In this document: positions 1-12,004 of the stretch, piece after piece
Numbering within the stretch: the stretch's first letter is position 1
Layout of the letters: each line of letters starts with the position of its first letter
NCBI GenBank assembly: GCA_002269645.1
Contig: NIVC01001257.1
Location: forward strand, 62,001-126,000
Direction: 5' to 3'
Length of the DNA: 64,000 nt
Source: Macrostomum lignano
Taxonomy: Eukaryota
Translations under genes and position numbers: made by a program
The notes under the pieces: generated by a model
The model's database searches: none
The model's input: only the letters and a program-made list of their open reading frames with translations
Told to the model about the DNA's origin: nothing

Positions 1-418
1 AGGCTACAAGTCACACAATCCAGTGTTACACAATCAGTGTCATACAGGCTGCAGTCACACAATCCAGTGTCACACAGGCTGCAGTCACACAATCCAGTGT
101 CACACAATCCGGTGTCACACAATCCAGTGTCACACAGGCTGCAGTCACACAATCCAGTGTCACACAGGCTGCAGTCACACAATCCAGTGTCACACAGGCT
201 GCAGTCACACAATCCAGTGTCACACAATCCAGTGTCACACAGGCTGCAGTCACACAATCCAGTGTCACACAGGCTGCAGTCACACAATCCAGTGTCACAC
301 AGGCTGCAGTCACACAATCCAGTGTCACACAGGCTGCAGTCACACAATCCAGTGTCACACAGGCTGCAGTCACACAATCCAGTGTCACACAGGCTGCAGT
401 CACACAATCCGGTGTCAC
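1..418. repeat. 30-bp minisatellite (two related 15-bp halves), intronic
   Basis: Unit cacacaggctgcagt-cacacaatccagtgt is repeated from the window edge to 418, with occasional single halves. It ends exactly at the minus-strand donor GTGACA (418-413). Confidence 0.95.
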
Positions 419-1044
419 CGGGCATTAAAGTCAGCGTACATGTAAACGTCGGCCAGTTTCCAAACGCCCATATTGAACCAGATGGTGCTGGATGCTGCAG
501 CATAGTACAACACTAGGGCAACTGTTCGTCCGCCGTCGGGTCCAAACGACTGGCAACGACAGTCGCCAAAGGCTGCGAGCAGAGGCGCCAAGACCAGGAT
601 CATATAGACGGGATGAGGCAGCCAGGCAAGAACGTAGGCAGCCCAACTGCAGGCCAGACCGAAGGCTCTCACGATGCAGACGCCAATCGCTGACAGGGTC
701 ATTGCGCAGCCAGCCAGAGTCAGAACCAACCGACGATTTCTCGTCGCACTGGACAGCAGGCCTCCGACGGCTGCGAGAGTGTAGGCCCATCTCATAAAGT
801 TCGTTTGCACCTGATCTGCGGACGCTTGTTGAACACCATCAGGAGACTTGAGCCGGCATTCCACACTGGCAGATTGCCACTGATCAGATTGATTTATTAC
901 CGAGGAAGAACCATTGACCAGCTCGTAGGTGTTGAAATTGAATAACCGGTAGTTGAAAGTGGCAAATTGGTTAGCCAGCTTCATCAGCACTAGCAGGGCC
1001 AGGCTCGCGGCCGGACCGAATATCTGTGAGCACCGAGCTGGCAT
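415..1044 (-). CDS. MFS-like multi-pass membrane transporter, first coding exon (SLC46-like; gene continues off the left edge)
   Basis: 209-aa non-repetitive ORF: N-terminal hydrophobic helix, loop with N-glycosylation sequons (NGS, NQS) and a Cys, further TM segments, and GGLLSSATRNRRLVL at the position of MFS motif A. The exon probably ends at 419 (CG|GTGACA), so the TGA at 415-417 lies in the intron. The family call is by resemblance only. Confidence 0.5.
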   Translation of the reverse strand: MPARCSQIFGPAASLALLVLMKLANQFATFNYRLFNFNTYELVNGSSSVINQSDQWQSASVECRLKSPDGVQQASADQVQTNFMRWAYTLAAVGGLLSSATRNRRLVLTLAGCAMTLSAIGVCIVRAFGLACSWAAYVLAWLPHPVYMILVLAPLLAAFGDCRCQSFGPDGGRTVALVLYYAAASSTIWFNMGVWKLADVYMYADFNAR

Positions 1045-1569
1045 TGGCAGAGTTTTGAGCTGTCCAGTTGCTCAAAACTACATCTCTAGCTAATGCAGCT
1101 CATTGTTCTGCCAGAGCTGGCTTTATAAGTAGCTCTATGACTATCATTATTACTCAAATAGGGAGGGTAGAGCAGGAATAATAGGCCGAGTAAAAAGCAG
1201 CTGGCACAGCATAGATTCTGTGCAGAACGCGAAGTGCCTATATCAACTATACAGTATGCTGTGAAGAGCGAGATGGCTAGAGGCAGATGCACATTCTATT
1301 CCAGCTGGATGTACACTGCACCAGGCCATCGGCGTGTGTTTATGCGCAGTTTTCTATCTGCTATACTTAGCTACGGTAGCTAATATATTGTAAATAATTT
1401 TGACCAGTCAGTCCGCGCCTTTCGCTCTGCTTGGACGCAAAAGAGACAAAAAGAAAGAAGGTTCTTGAGAGAGCAACGAATATGGAACTGATGGATATCG
1501 GAATTAACTAACTGTAATGCAGATACTGCAGCCTGTCGAATCTGATGGCACTCCTTCTGAGGAAACTTG

Positions 1570-2620
1570 AAGAGGGAATGGCACTCCAATCTGACGGAGG
1601 GAATGGCACTCCAATTTGACGGAGGGAATGGCACTCCAATCTGACAGAGGGAATGGCACTCCAATCTGACGGAGGGAATGGCACTCCAATTTGACGGGGG
1701 AATGGCACTCCAATCTGACAGAGGGAATGGCACTCCAATCTGACGGAGGGAATGGCACTCCAATCTGACGGAGGGAATGGCACTCCAATCTGACGGAGGG
1801 AATGGCACTCCAATTTGACGGAGGGAATGGCACTCCAATTTGACGGAGGGAATGGCACTCCAATCTGACAGAGGGAATGGCACTCCAATCTGACGGAGGG
1901 AATGGCACTCCAATCTGACGGAGGGAATGGCACTCCAATTTGACGGAGGGAATGGCACTCCAATCTGACAGAGGGAATGGCACTCCAATCTGACGGAGGG
2001 AATGGCACTCCAATTTGACGGAGGGAATGGCACTCCAATCTGACAGAGGGAATGGCACTCCAATCTGACGGAGGGAATGGCACTCCAATTTGACGGAGGG
2101 AATGGCACTCCAATCTGACAGAGGGAATGGCACTCCAATCTGACGGAGGGAATGGCACTCCAATTTAGAGGGACTAGCACTCCAATTTAGAGGGAATGGC
2201 ACTCCAATTTAGAGGGAATGGCACTCTAATCTGACGGAGGGAATGGCACTCCAATTTAGAGGGACTGGCACTCCAATTTAGAGGGAATGGCACTCCAATT
2301 TAGAGGGACTGGCACTCCAATTTAGAGGGAATGGCACTCTAATCTGACGGAGGGAATGGCACTCCAATTTAGAGGGAATGGCACTCCAATTTAGAGGGAA
2401 TGGCACTCTAATCTGACGGAGGGAATGGCACTCTAATCTGACGGAGGGAATGGCACTCTAATTTAGAGGGAATGGCACTCCAATTTAGAGGGAAAGGCAC
2501 TCCAATTTAGAGGGAATGGCACTCCAATTTAGAGGGAATGGCACTCCTGTCTGATGGACGGAATGTCACTCCAATCTGGGGAGAATTTCTCTCCAATCTG
2601 GAGGGAATGGCACTCCAATC
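1570..2620. repeat. 25-bp minisatellite (gagggaatggcactccaatctgacg), shifting to a ~23-bp variant on the right
   Basis: Period 25 is visible (gcactccaat at 1581, 1606 ...). It explains the repetitive ORFs 1380-2202. Confidence 0.95.
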
Positions 2621-2815
2621 TGAGTAAACGAAGCGAAGGCAATAACGAACTAGCATGAATGAACAGTTTTTCTTTGATCCAAGCAATCGCAAATCGTGGC
2701 CTCAGATTAATTCAGCCATTCAATTGAGGTGTATATTTTCGAAACCGCTGAAATGACACCGAATGCACTATAAAGTCTGAAGACTCGATACTACTTAGCT
2801 ACGAGTAGTTATGAG

Positions 2816-5800
2816 CTACTGAGCGGGTGCAGCGGCAGGGGCGGTCTTTCTGTAGGCGAATCGTTCAGCCTGACCGCCGCCGCCGCCAGAACGGCCGCCA
2901 CCGCCGCGCTGATCCTCCTCGCCAGGAGCGCCGGCGGCTCTGGGGCCACCGGGGCCGCCGCGCCTACTTAGAGTAGTTGGCACGCATTCAGTTGGCAAAT
3001 GCAATTCTTTGCGCAGATGCTCGATGCCCTCGTTAGTGAGGAACCAATAGTAGTGACGCCACGCGAACTGTTCGCGCACGAATCCGCGCGACTTCAGACT
3101 GGTCAGGGCTTTGATCACGTGCAGATTGCGGACGGAGCTTACCTGGATTCAATGGGAATTGCTCAGATAATGAGGGATTCAATGGGAATTGCTCAGATAA
3201 TGAGGGATTCAATGGGAATTGCTCAGATAATGAAGGATTCAATGGGAATTGCTCAGATAATGAGGGATTCAATGGGAATTGCTCAGATAATGAGGGATTC
3301 AATGGGAATTGCTCAGATAATGAAGGATTCAATGGGAATTGCTCAGATAATGAGGGATTCAATGGGAATTGCTCAGATAATGAAGGATTCAATGGGAATT
3401 GCTCAGATAATGAGGGATTCAATGGGAATTGCTCAGATAATGAAGGATTCAATGGGAATTGCTCAGATAATGAGGGATTCAATGGGAATTGCTCAGATAA
3501 TGAGGGATTCAATGGGAATTGCTCAGATAATGAGGGATTCAATGGGAATTGCTCAGATAATGAAGGATTCAATGGGAATTGCTCAGATAATGAAGGATTC
3601 AATGGGAATTGCTCAGATAATGAGGGATTCAATGGGAATTGCTCAGATAATGAAGGATTCAATGGGAATTGCTCAGATAATGAAGGATTCAATGGGAATT
3701 GCTCAGATAATGAGGGATTCAATGGGAATTGCTCAGATAATGAAGGATTCAATGGTCGATTGCTCAGATAATGAAGGATTCAATGGGAATTGCTCAGATA
3801 ATGAGGGATTCAATGGGAATTGCTCAGATAATGAAGGATTCAATGGGAATTGCTCAGATAATGAGGGATTCAATGGGAATTGCTCAGATAATGAAGGATT
3901 CAATGGGAATTGCTCAGATAATGAGGGATTCAATGGGAATTGCTCAGATAATGAGGGATTCAATGGGAATTGCTCAGATAATGAGGGATTCAATGGGAAT
4001 TGCTCAGATAATGAAGGATTCAATGGGAATTGCTCAGATAATGAAGGATTCAATGGGAATTGCTCAGATAATGAGGGATTCAATGGGAATTGCTCAGATA
4101 ATGAAGGATTCAATGGGAATTGCTCAGATAATGAAGGATTCAATGGGAATTGCTCAGATAATGAGGGATTCAATGGGAATTGCTCAGATAATGAAGGATT
4201 CAATGGGAATTGCTCAGATAATGAAGGATTCAATGGGAATTGCTCAGATAATGAGGGATTCAATGGGAATTGCTCAGATAATGAAGGATTCAATGGGAAT
4301 TGCTCAGATAATGAGGGATTCAATGGGAATTGCTCAGATAATGAAGGACTCAATGGGAATTGCTCAGATAATGAAGGATTCAATGGGAATTGCTCAGATA
4401 ATGAGGGATTCAATGGGAATTGCTCAGATAATGAAGGATTCAATGGGAATTGCTCAGATAATGAGGGATTCAATGGGAATTGCTCAGATAATGAAGGATT
4501 CAATGGGAATTGCTCAGATAATGAAGGATTCAATGGGAATTGCTCAGATAATGAGGGATTCAATGGGAATTGCTCAGATAATGAAGGATTCAATGGGAAT
4601 TGCTCAGATAATGAGGGATTCAATGGGAATTGCTCAGATAATGAAGGATTCAATGGGAATTGCTCAGATAATGAAGGATTCAATGGGAATTGCTCAGATA
4701 ATGAAGGATTCAATGGGAATTGCTCAGACAATGAGGGATTCAATGGGAATTGCTCAGATAATGAGGGATTCAATGGGAATTGCTCAGATAATGAAGGATT
4801 CAATGGGAATTGCTCAGATAATGAGGGATTCAATGGGAATTGCTCAGATAATGAAGGATTCAATGGGAATTGCTCAGATAATGAGGGATTCAATGGGAAT
4901 TGCTCAGATAATGAAGGATTCAATGGGAATTGCTCAGATAATGAGGGATTCAATGGGAATTGCTCAGATAATGAAGGATTCAATGGGAATTGCTCAGATA
5001 ATGAGGGATTCAATGGGAATTGCTCAGACAATGAAGGATTCAATGGGAATTGCTCAGATAATGAGGGATTCAATGGGAATTGCTCAGATAATGAAGGATT
5101 CAATGGGAATTGCTCAGATAATGAGGGATTCAATGGGAATTGCTCAGATAATGAAGGATTCAATGGGAATTGCTCAGATAATGAGGGATTCAATGGGAAT
5201 TGCTCAGATAATGAAGGATTCAATGGGAATTGCTCAGATAATGAAGGATTCAATGGGAATTGCTCAGATAATGAAGGATTCAATGGGAATTGCTCAGATA
5301 ATGAAGGATTCAATGGGAATTGCTCAGATAATGAAGGATTCAATGGGAATTGCTCAGATAATGAAGGATTCAATGGGAATTGCTCAGATAATGAAGGATT
5401 CAATGGGAATTGCTCAGATAATGAGGGATTCAATGGGAATTGCTCAGATAATGAAGGATTCAATGGGAATTGCTCAGATAATGAGGGATTCAATGGGAAT
5501 TGCTCAGATAATGAAGGATTCAATGGGAATTGCTCAGATAGTAAAGGACTCAATGGGAATTGCTCAGATAAGGAAGGACTCAATGGGAATTGCTCAGATA
5601 ATGAGGGACTTAATGGGAATTGCTCAGATAGTAAAGGACTCAATGGGAATTGCTCAGATAAGGAAGGACTCAATGGGAATTGCTCAGATAATGAGGGATT
5701 CAATGGGAATTGCTCAGATAAGGAAGGACTCAATGGCAATTGCTCAAATAATAAAGGACTCAATGGGAATTGCTCAGATAGTAAAGGACTCAATGGGAAT

Positions 5801-7784
5801 TGCTCAGATAATGAGGGATTCAATGGGAATTGCTCAGATAATGAAGGATTCAATGGGAATTGCTCAGATAATGAGGGATTCAATGGGAATTGCTCAGATA
5901 ATGAAGGATTCAATGGGAATTGCTCAGATAGTAAAGGACTCAATGGGAATTGCTCAGATAGTAAAGGACTCAATGGGAATTGCTCAGATAATGAGGGATT
6001 CAATGGGAATTGCTCAGATAATGAAGGATTCAATGGGAATTGCTCAGATAATGAGGGATTCAATGGGAATTGCTCAGATAATGAAGGATTCAATGGGAAT
6101 TGCTCAGATAATGAGGGATTCAATGGGAATTGCTCAGATAATGAGGGATTCAATGGGAATTGCTCAGATAATGAAGGATTCAATGGGAATTGCTCAGATA
6201 ATGAGGGATTCAATGGGAATTGCTCAGATAATGAAGGATTCAATGGGAATTGCTCAGATAATGAGGGATTCAATGGGAATTGCTCAGATAATGAGGGATT
6301 CAATGGGAATTGCTCAGATAATGAAGGATTCAATGGGAATTGCTCAGATAATGAGGGATTCAATGGGAATTGCTCAGATAATGAAGGATTCAATGGGAAT
6401 TGCTCAGATAATGAGGGATTCAATGGGAATTGCTCAGATAATGAAGGATTCAATGGGAATTGCTCAGATAATGAAGGATTCAATGGGAATTGCTCAGATA
6501 ATGAAGGATTCAATGGGAATTGCTCAGATAATGAAGGATTCAATGGGAATTGCTCAGATAATGAAGGATTCAATGGGAATTGCTCAGATAATGAGGGATT
6601 CAATGGGAATTGCTCAGATAATGAGGGATTCAATGGGAATTGCTCAGATAGTAAAGGACTCAATGGGAATTGCTCAGATAATGAAGGACTCAATGGGAAT
6701 TGCTCAGATAATGAGGGATTCAATGGGAATTGCTCAGATAATGAGGTATTCAATGGGAATTGCTCAGATAATGAGGGATTCAATGGGAATTGCTCAGATA
6801 ATGAGGGATTCAATGGGAATTGCTCAGATAGTAAAGGACTCAATGGGAATTGCTCAGATAATGAAGGACTCAATGGGAATTGCTCAGATAATGAGGGATT
6901 CAATGGGAATTGCTCAGATAATGAGGTATTCAATGGGAATTGCTAAGATAATGAGGGACTCAATGGGAATTGCTCAGATAGTAAAGTATTCAATGGGAAT
7001 TGCTCAGATAATGAAGGACTCAATGGGAATTGCTCAGATAATGAGGGATTCAATGGGAATTGCTCAGATAATGAAGGACTCAATGGGAATTGCTCAGATA
7101 ATGAGGGATTCAATGGGAATTGATCAGATAATGAGGGACTCAATGGGAATTGCTCAGATAATGAGGGACTCAATGGGAATTGCTCAGATAATGAGGGACT
7201 CAATGGGAATTGCTCAGATAATGAGGGATTCAATGGGAATTGCTCAGATAGTAAAGGACTCAATGGGAATTGCTCAGATAAGGAAGGACTCAATGGGAAT
7301 TGCTCAGATAATGAGGGACTTAATGGGAATTGCTCAGATAGTAAAGGACTCAATGGGAATTGCTCAGATAAGGAAGGACTCAATGGGAATTGCTCAGATA
7401 ATGAGGGATTCAATGGGAATTGCTCAGATAAGGAAGGACTCAATGGCAATTGCTCAAATAATAAAGGACTCAAAAGGAATTGCTCAGGTAATGAAGGACA
7501 TAAGGGGAATTGCACAAATAATGAAGGACTCAAAGGGAATTGCTCAGATAATGAAGGACTCAAAGGGAATTGCTCAGATAATGAAGGACTCAAAGGGGAT
7601 TGCTGAGTCACTCATCTTTTCAAATCAGTCCCAGATCAGTGCTACAATTGCAAAAGAAAAATTTCAACAAGAACTGTACCTGAGGATGAGTAACATTTGG
7701 TCGCACATCCTTCTTGGCCACCATGACTCCATCAGAGAACAGGCGCTCATAGATGGCCACTCGGTCCTTCTTTGGTATCAACAT
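2816..7784 (-). CDS. RPS10: 40S ribosomal protein S10 (eS10), 2 coding exons, 143 aa
   Basis: Exon 1 7784-7680 = [35 protein letters not shown], donor GTACAG. Exon 2 3142-2816 = [50 protein letters not shown]..., acceptor CAG at 3145-3143. The phase-0 join matches the eS10 family sequence (MLxPKKxRxAIYExLF...[25 protein letters not shown]). Confidence 0.97.
3145..7610. repeat. 30-bp satellite, about 148 copies, filling the RPS10 intron
   Basis: Unit ggattcaatgggaattgctcagataatga(g/a). One 31-bp unit near 3750. More diverged units at 5521-5760 and toward 7610. Confidence 0.98.
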
Positions 7785-8924
7785 TTTATTTCAGTTAATT
7801 TTGCTGTTTGTAGGCTGCAAAGAAAATAATATTGATAAACTAGAGTGAGCTTTTTTCAATTGCATACTATTGATTCTATAATAAATATATTACAGAGAAT
7901 GAATATCAGATTATTGTCTGTAACAGCAATATTTATTAACATACTAGCCAGCATTATAAAATGTTGACTTTCAAATGGCCCTTGCTAATCATCATTTAAA
8001 GTTGAACTTAATATAAAAATTAAGTTAAAACATGAAAATTTAATTTAAACATTGAGCAAAAAATACTGTAATTTAATACTATATAAGATAGAATGTTTTT
8101 GAATAATAAAATATATTTATACGACATTATTTTATTGTAGGATCTATTAGACACTTGATACAAGCATATATATGGATTTTACCATACATATATATATATA
8201 CACACATATTTAATGTTATCACATTGTATAGCTTGTATATAATAATAAACCTATCTTAAGCCTATTTAGCTATCACTTTAACAATCACTTAGCCATTTTA
8301 ACTTCAGGTGCCATGGAAACCAATCTATAGTATTGATTTTTTATAGAAAAGGCTTCTTAATTGAGAAAAAAAATTAAAGGGCCTTTGTATTTTTTAAATT
8401 GAACAAAAATAGTAAGCTCTAATATGAACGGTCATTATAAAATGTAAAGCCATTATAGAAAACTTATTTATTCTTATCAACATGTCTATTACAAGATAAA
8501 AGTAAAAAACATTGGCTAGGTCAACATAAAAAAATTGCAAAAAATCTAATTGCACTTCTTTTATACTTAAGGGTGTAAGTATTTTTACAAAGATTTAGGC
8601 TATTTTGGTTGCATTTGATCAATTATATCAATAGGCAAGCTGTTGAAACCCTTAGGATTTTAAACCCACTGAATTATAATCCTCGGAACTACTTTTGCAT
8701 ATATGCATATACATTTTAAAAATCTGAAGTTATACTCATACAAAAACTTATCAATAGTTAATATAGAGGCTAAAAATAGAATTAATTTGTATTGATTCAA
8801 GATTTGAGCCAAGCATTGTTTTGTTAGCTAGGGTGTCACATAGAATGTATCTATGTAAATGTCTGTCTAAAGCATGTGTTGGCAAACTCTGGCCTCTGCT
8901 TCTCTCATTCTCTCTAAGTCTATC

Positions 8925-9435
8925 CAATGGGTTCCTTGAAACTTCTTTTCTTGCTTCTCTTTCTTCTCTCCTTTTTCTTATTTGATCTATCATCTCACAT
9001 TCTCTCTTCTTTCTTATCCTTCTTCTTTTTTTATCTCATCTCTTTTCTTTTATCTTTGCCCTTTGCTCTTTATTCTTGTATCTCTCATATTTACTCTTTT
9101 CTCTTCTCTATCTTGCTCCTCTCTTTTTTTTTCTCTTTTTCCTCTCTTCTCTCTTTGTCTTCTTTTCTTTCTATTCTTTCCTCTTGTTTCTTCTCTTTTT
9201 TTCTCATGTTTTCTTAACTTTACTTTTTTATCTTTCCTCTCATCTCTTGTCTGTTTACTCTTGTTTCAGCTCTTTTCTCACTTCTGTCATCTTTACTCTC
9301 TTATTTATTCTCTCATCTCTATCCTTTGTACTTTGCTTTACTTGCTTTTTGACTTACTTTATTTTCTACTCTTCTTTTCTCTTTTCTTTTCTATATTCTT
9401 TCCTTTCTCATCCTTCTTCCCTTCTTCTCTCTATA
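8925..9435. repeat. CT-rich low-complexity (polypyrimidine) tract
   Basis: About 500 bp almost entirely T/C on the + strand. The ORFs here are F/L/S-only artefacts. Confidence 0.85.
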
Positions 9436-9779
9436 GGGACTCCAGTGAGATCATGGCGCAAATTCAAAAATGCAAAATATGACCAAAACAGTGCTACTTA
9501 TAAATGCAAAAAAATTTATATAATATAAAATACAAATAATAAGTGAATACATTCTAATAGAGCAATAAAAATGCTTTAAAATGAGACTAAAAGCAATCTA
9601 GCGCCCCCCTTCGGGGTGGCCAATAAGCAAGGGACGAATCCTTTAAAATGAAAAAAAATTCTTAGGGAGGGGGGCTAGGAATCGAATTCTCATTTTAATT
9701 CCAGGCTTATGTACCAATAAAACATGTTTGTGCAGAATTTTATAACAGACATTGAAATTCAACCATACTTGCCTTCTTT

Positions 9780-10780
9780 CAGAGCTACTTCTACCAGTAT
9801 GCTTCAGTACGCTACCAGTACCCTTGTAAGCCTTGACATGTCAGCAATCCCCCCCCCACAAGCCTTAACATATCAACTCCCCCCTTGACATCTCAGCGAT
9901 GCTCCCATAAGCCTTGAAATCTTAAAAAATCTGTCTACTTTCTAACCCTAACCCTAACCCTAACCCTAACCCTAAAGCATTGAAATTTCAGTAATTCTCT
10001 CTAAGAGTCTATAGCACTACTACAGCATTATAGCGATTCCCTGCAAGCCTCGACATCGTAGGGATTCCCAAATGAATCTCTTAACTTCGACATGAAGCTT
10101 CTTTTTTTTACATTACGCTTTTTCTATCAGCGATCCCTCCCGTGAGGAGCCAACAAATAATGTAATAACTTTTTTCCAATAAACTACATGTAGCTTCTGA
10201 CATTAGCCTTGACATCTCATTTATTCCCCCGTGAGCCTTGACATCTCAGCTATAGATAGATAGATAGATAGATTCCCCTCGTAAGCCTTGACATGTCAGC
10301 GATGCCCCCATAAACCTTGAAATCTAAAAAATCCCCTGTTAACCTTGAAACGCGCTAAAATCTAACCCTCAACCCAAACCTGACGTAAACCTAACTTTCA
10401 CCCAACCTAAAGCCTTGAAATCACAGCAATTCTTCTTCCCTAAGCCTTGGCATTAAGTGATTCCTTCTTTAAGAATCACAGCACTATAACGATTCCCTCC
10501 AAGCTTTGACATCGTAGCAATTCCCAAATGAATCTTTTAACTTTGACATGACTTTTATTTTATGTATACATAGTGCTCCTTTTATTTTTACATGACTCTT
10601 CTTCTATCAGCGCCCCCCCCCACCGTGGCAAGCCAACAAAGAATGCAATAAAAAAACTTAAGTAAAGTACATGTACTTTGAAGTAGCTTCTGACTTTTGC
10701 TTTAACATCTCAGAAACCCCCCTGTAATCTCAGTTATTCTCTGTGAGCCTTGACGTCTCAGTGATTCTCCCCAGCACAGC
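9780..10780. repeat. Degenerate repeat region with recurring gccttgacat motif and an imperfect ~0.45-kb duplication; includes (CCCTAA)4-5
   Basis: taagccttgacatgtcagc...ccataa(g/a)ccttgaaatct...aaaaaatc occurs near 9827 and again near 10282. ctaaccctaaccctaaccctaaccctaa at ~9943-9975. Confidence 0.6.
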
Positions 10781-10919
10781 ACTATAGCTTCATTTAATTT
10801 TTATGACACTTGTTTCATGTCTGACATGACCTTTCTTTTGATTTTTACGTTACGCTTCTTTTATTCTTCCATGATGCTTCTTAATTTTTTAAATGACACA
10901 CTTTCATTAGTTTTTATAT

Positions 10920-11845
10920 GAGGCTTCTATGATTTTTTCATGACGCTTCTATGTTAACATGACGCTTCTATGCTTGTTTACATGACGCTTGTATGATTGT
11001 TTACATGACGCTTCTATGATTGTTTACATGACACTTGTATGATTGTTTACATGACGCTTCTATGATTTTTTACATGACGCTTCTATGATTTTTACATGAC
11101 GCTTCTATGATTTTTACATGACGCTTCTATGATTTTTTCATGACGCTTCTATGATTTTTACATGACGCTTCTATGATTTTTTACATGACGCTTCTATGAT
11201 TGTTTACATGACGCTTCTATGATTGTTTACATGACGCTTCTATGATTGTTTACATGACGCTTCTATGATTGTTTACATGACGCTTCTATGATTGTTTACA
11301 TGACGCTTCTATGATTTTTACATGACGCTTCTATGATTTTTACATGACGCTTCTATGATTTTTACATGACGCTTCTATGATTGTTTACATGACGCTTGTA
11401 TGATTGTTTACATGACGCTTCTATGATTTTTTATGACGCTTTTATGATTTTAACATGACGCTTCTATGATTTTTTACATGACGCTTCTATGATTGTTTAC
11501 ATGACGCTTGTATGATTGTTTACATGACGCTTGTATGATTTTAACATGACGCTTCTATGATTGTTTGCATGACGCTTCTATGATTTTTTATGACGCTTTT
11601 ATGATTTTAACATGACGCTTCTATGATTTTTTTACATGACGCTTCTATGATTGTTTATATGACGCTTCTATGATTGTTTACATGACGCTTCTATGATTTT
11701 TACATGACGCTTCTATGATTTTTACATGACGCTTCTATGATTTTTACATGACGCTTCTATGATTTTTACATGACGCTTCTATGATTTTTACATGACGCTT
11801 CTATGATTTTTACATGACGCTTCTATGATTGTTTACATGATGCTT
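10920..11845. repeat. 22-23-bp minisatellite (catgacgcttctatgatt(g)ttta)
   Basis: Period 22 at 11703/11725, with 23-bp variants; about 40 copies. Confidence 0.95.
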
Positions 11846-11899
11846 CCATAATTTTTTTTTGTCTTGGCGTTAAAAAGCTTTAATTAAAAAAACTCTACT

Positions 11900-11970
11900 C
11901 TCTAAAAATTCGAACCATCATCCCTGCATTTAGCAGTTTAGTCTGTTTACCTCTAGGCTAGCTCTCATGA
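11900..11970 (-). mobile_element. tRNA-derived (Ser-like) SINE-type head, degenerate copy 1
   Basis: Reverse complement reads gagctagcctagagg...actgctaaatgcagg...ggttcgaattt, with A-box-like and B-box-like motifs. It is homologous to 13715-13785. Confidence 0.45.
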
Positions 11971-12004
11971 ATTTTAGTCATTACCCCTAAATAGAAAATA
12001 TTCC

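Noticed and set aside
1380-1560. Possible exon after tttcctcAG at the end of the 25-bp array (KECHQIRQAAVSALQ...)
   Set aside because: There is no recognisable homology and no upstream donor I could pair with it; unsupported.
2999-7829. ORFs of 1000-1350 aa ([10 protein letters not shown] / [10 protein letters not shown] / [10 protein letters not shown] repeats)
   Set aside because: They are translations of a 30-bp satellite lacking stops in several frames. The array lies inside the phase-consistent RPS10 intron on the opposite or same strand.
8751-9528. Hydrophobic F/L/S-rich ORFs resembling membrane proteins (also 16680-17603)
   Set aside because: They are products of CT/GA low-complexity DNA.
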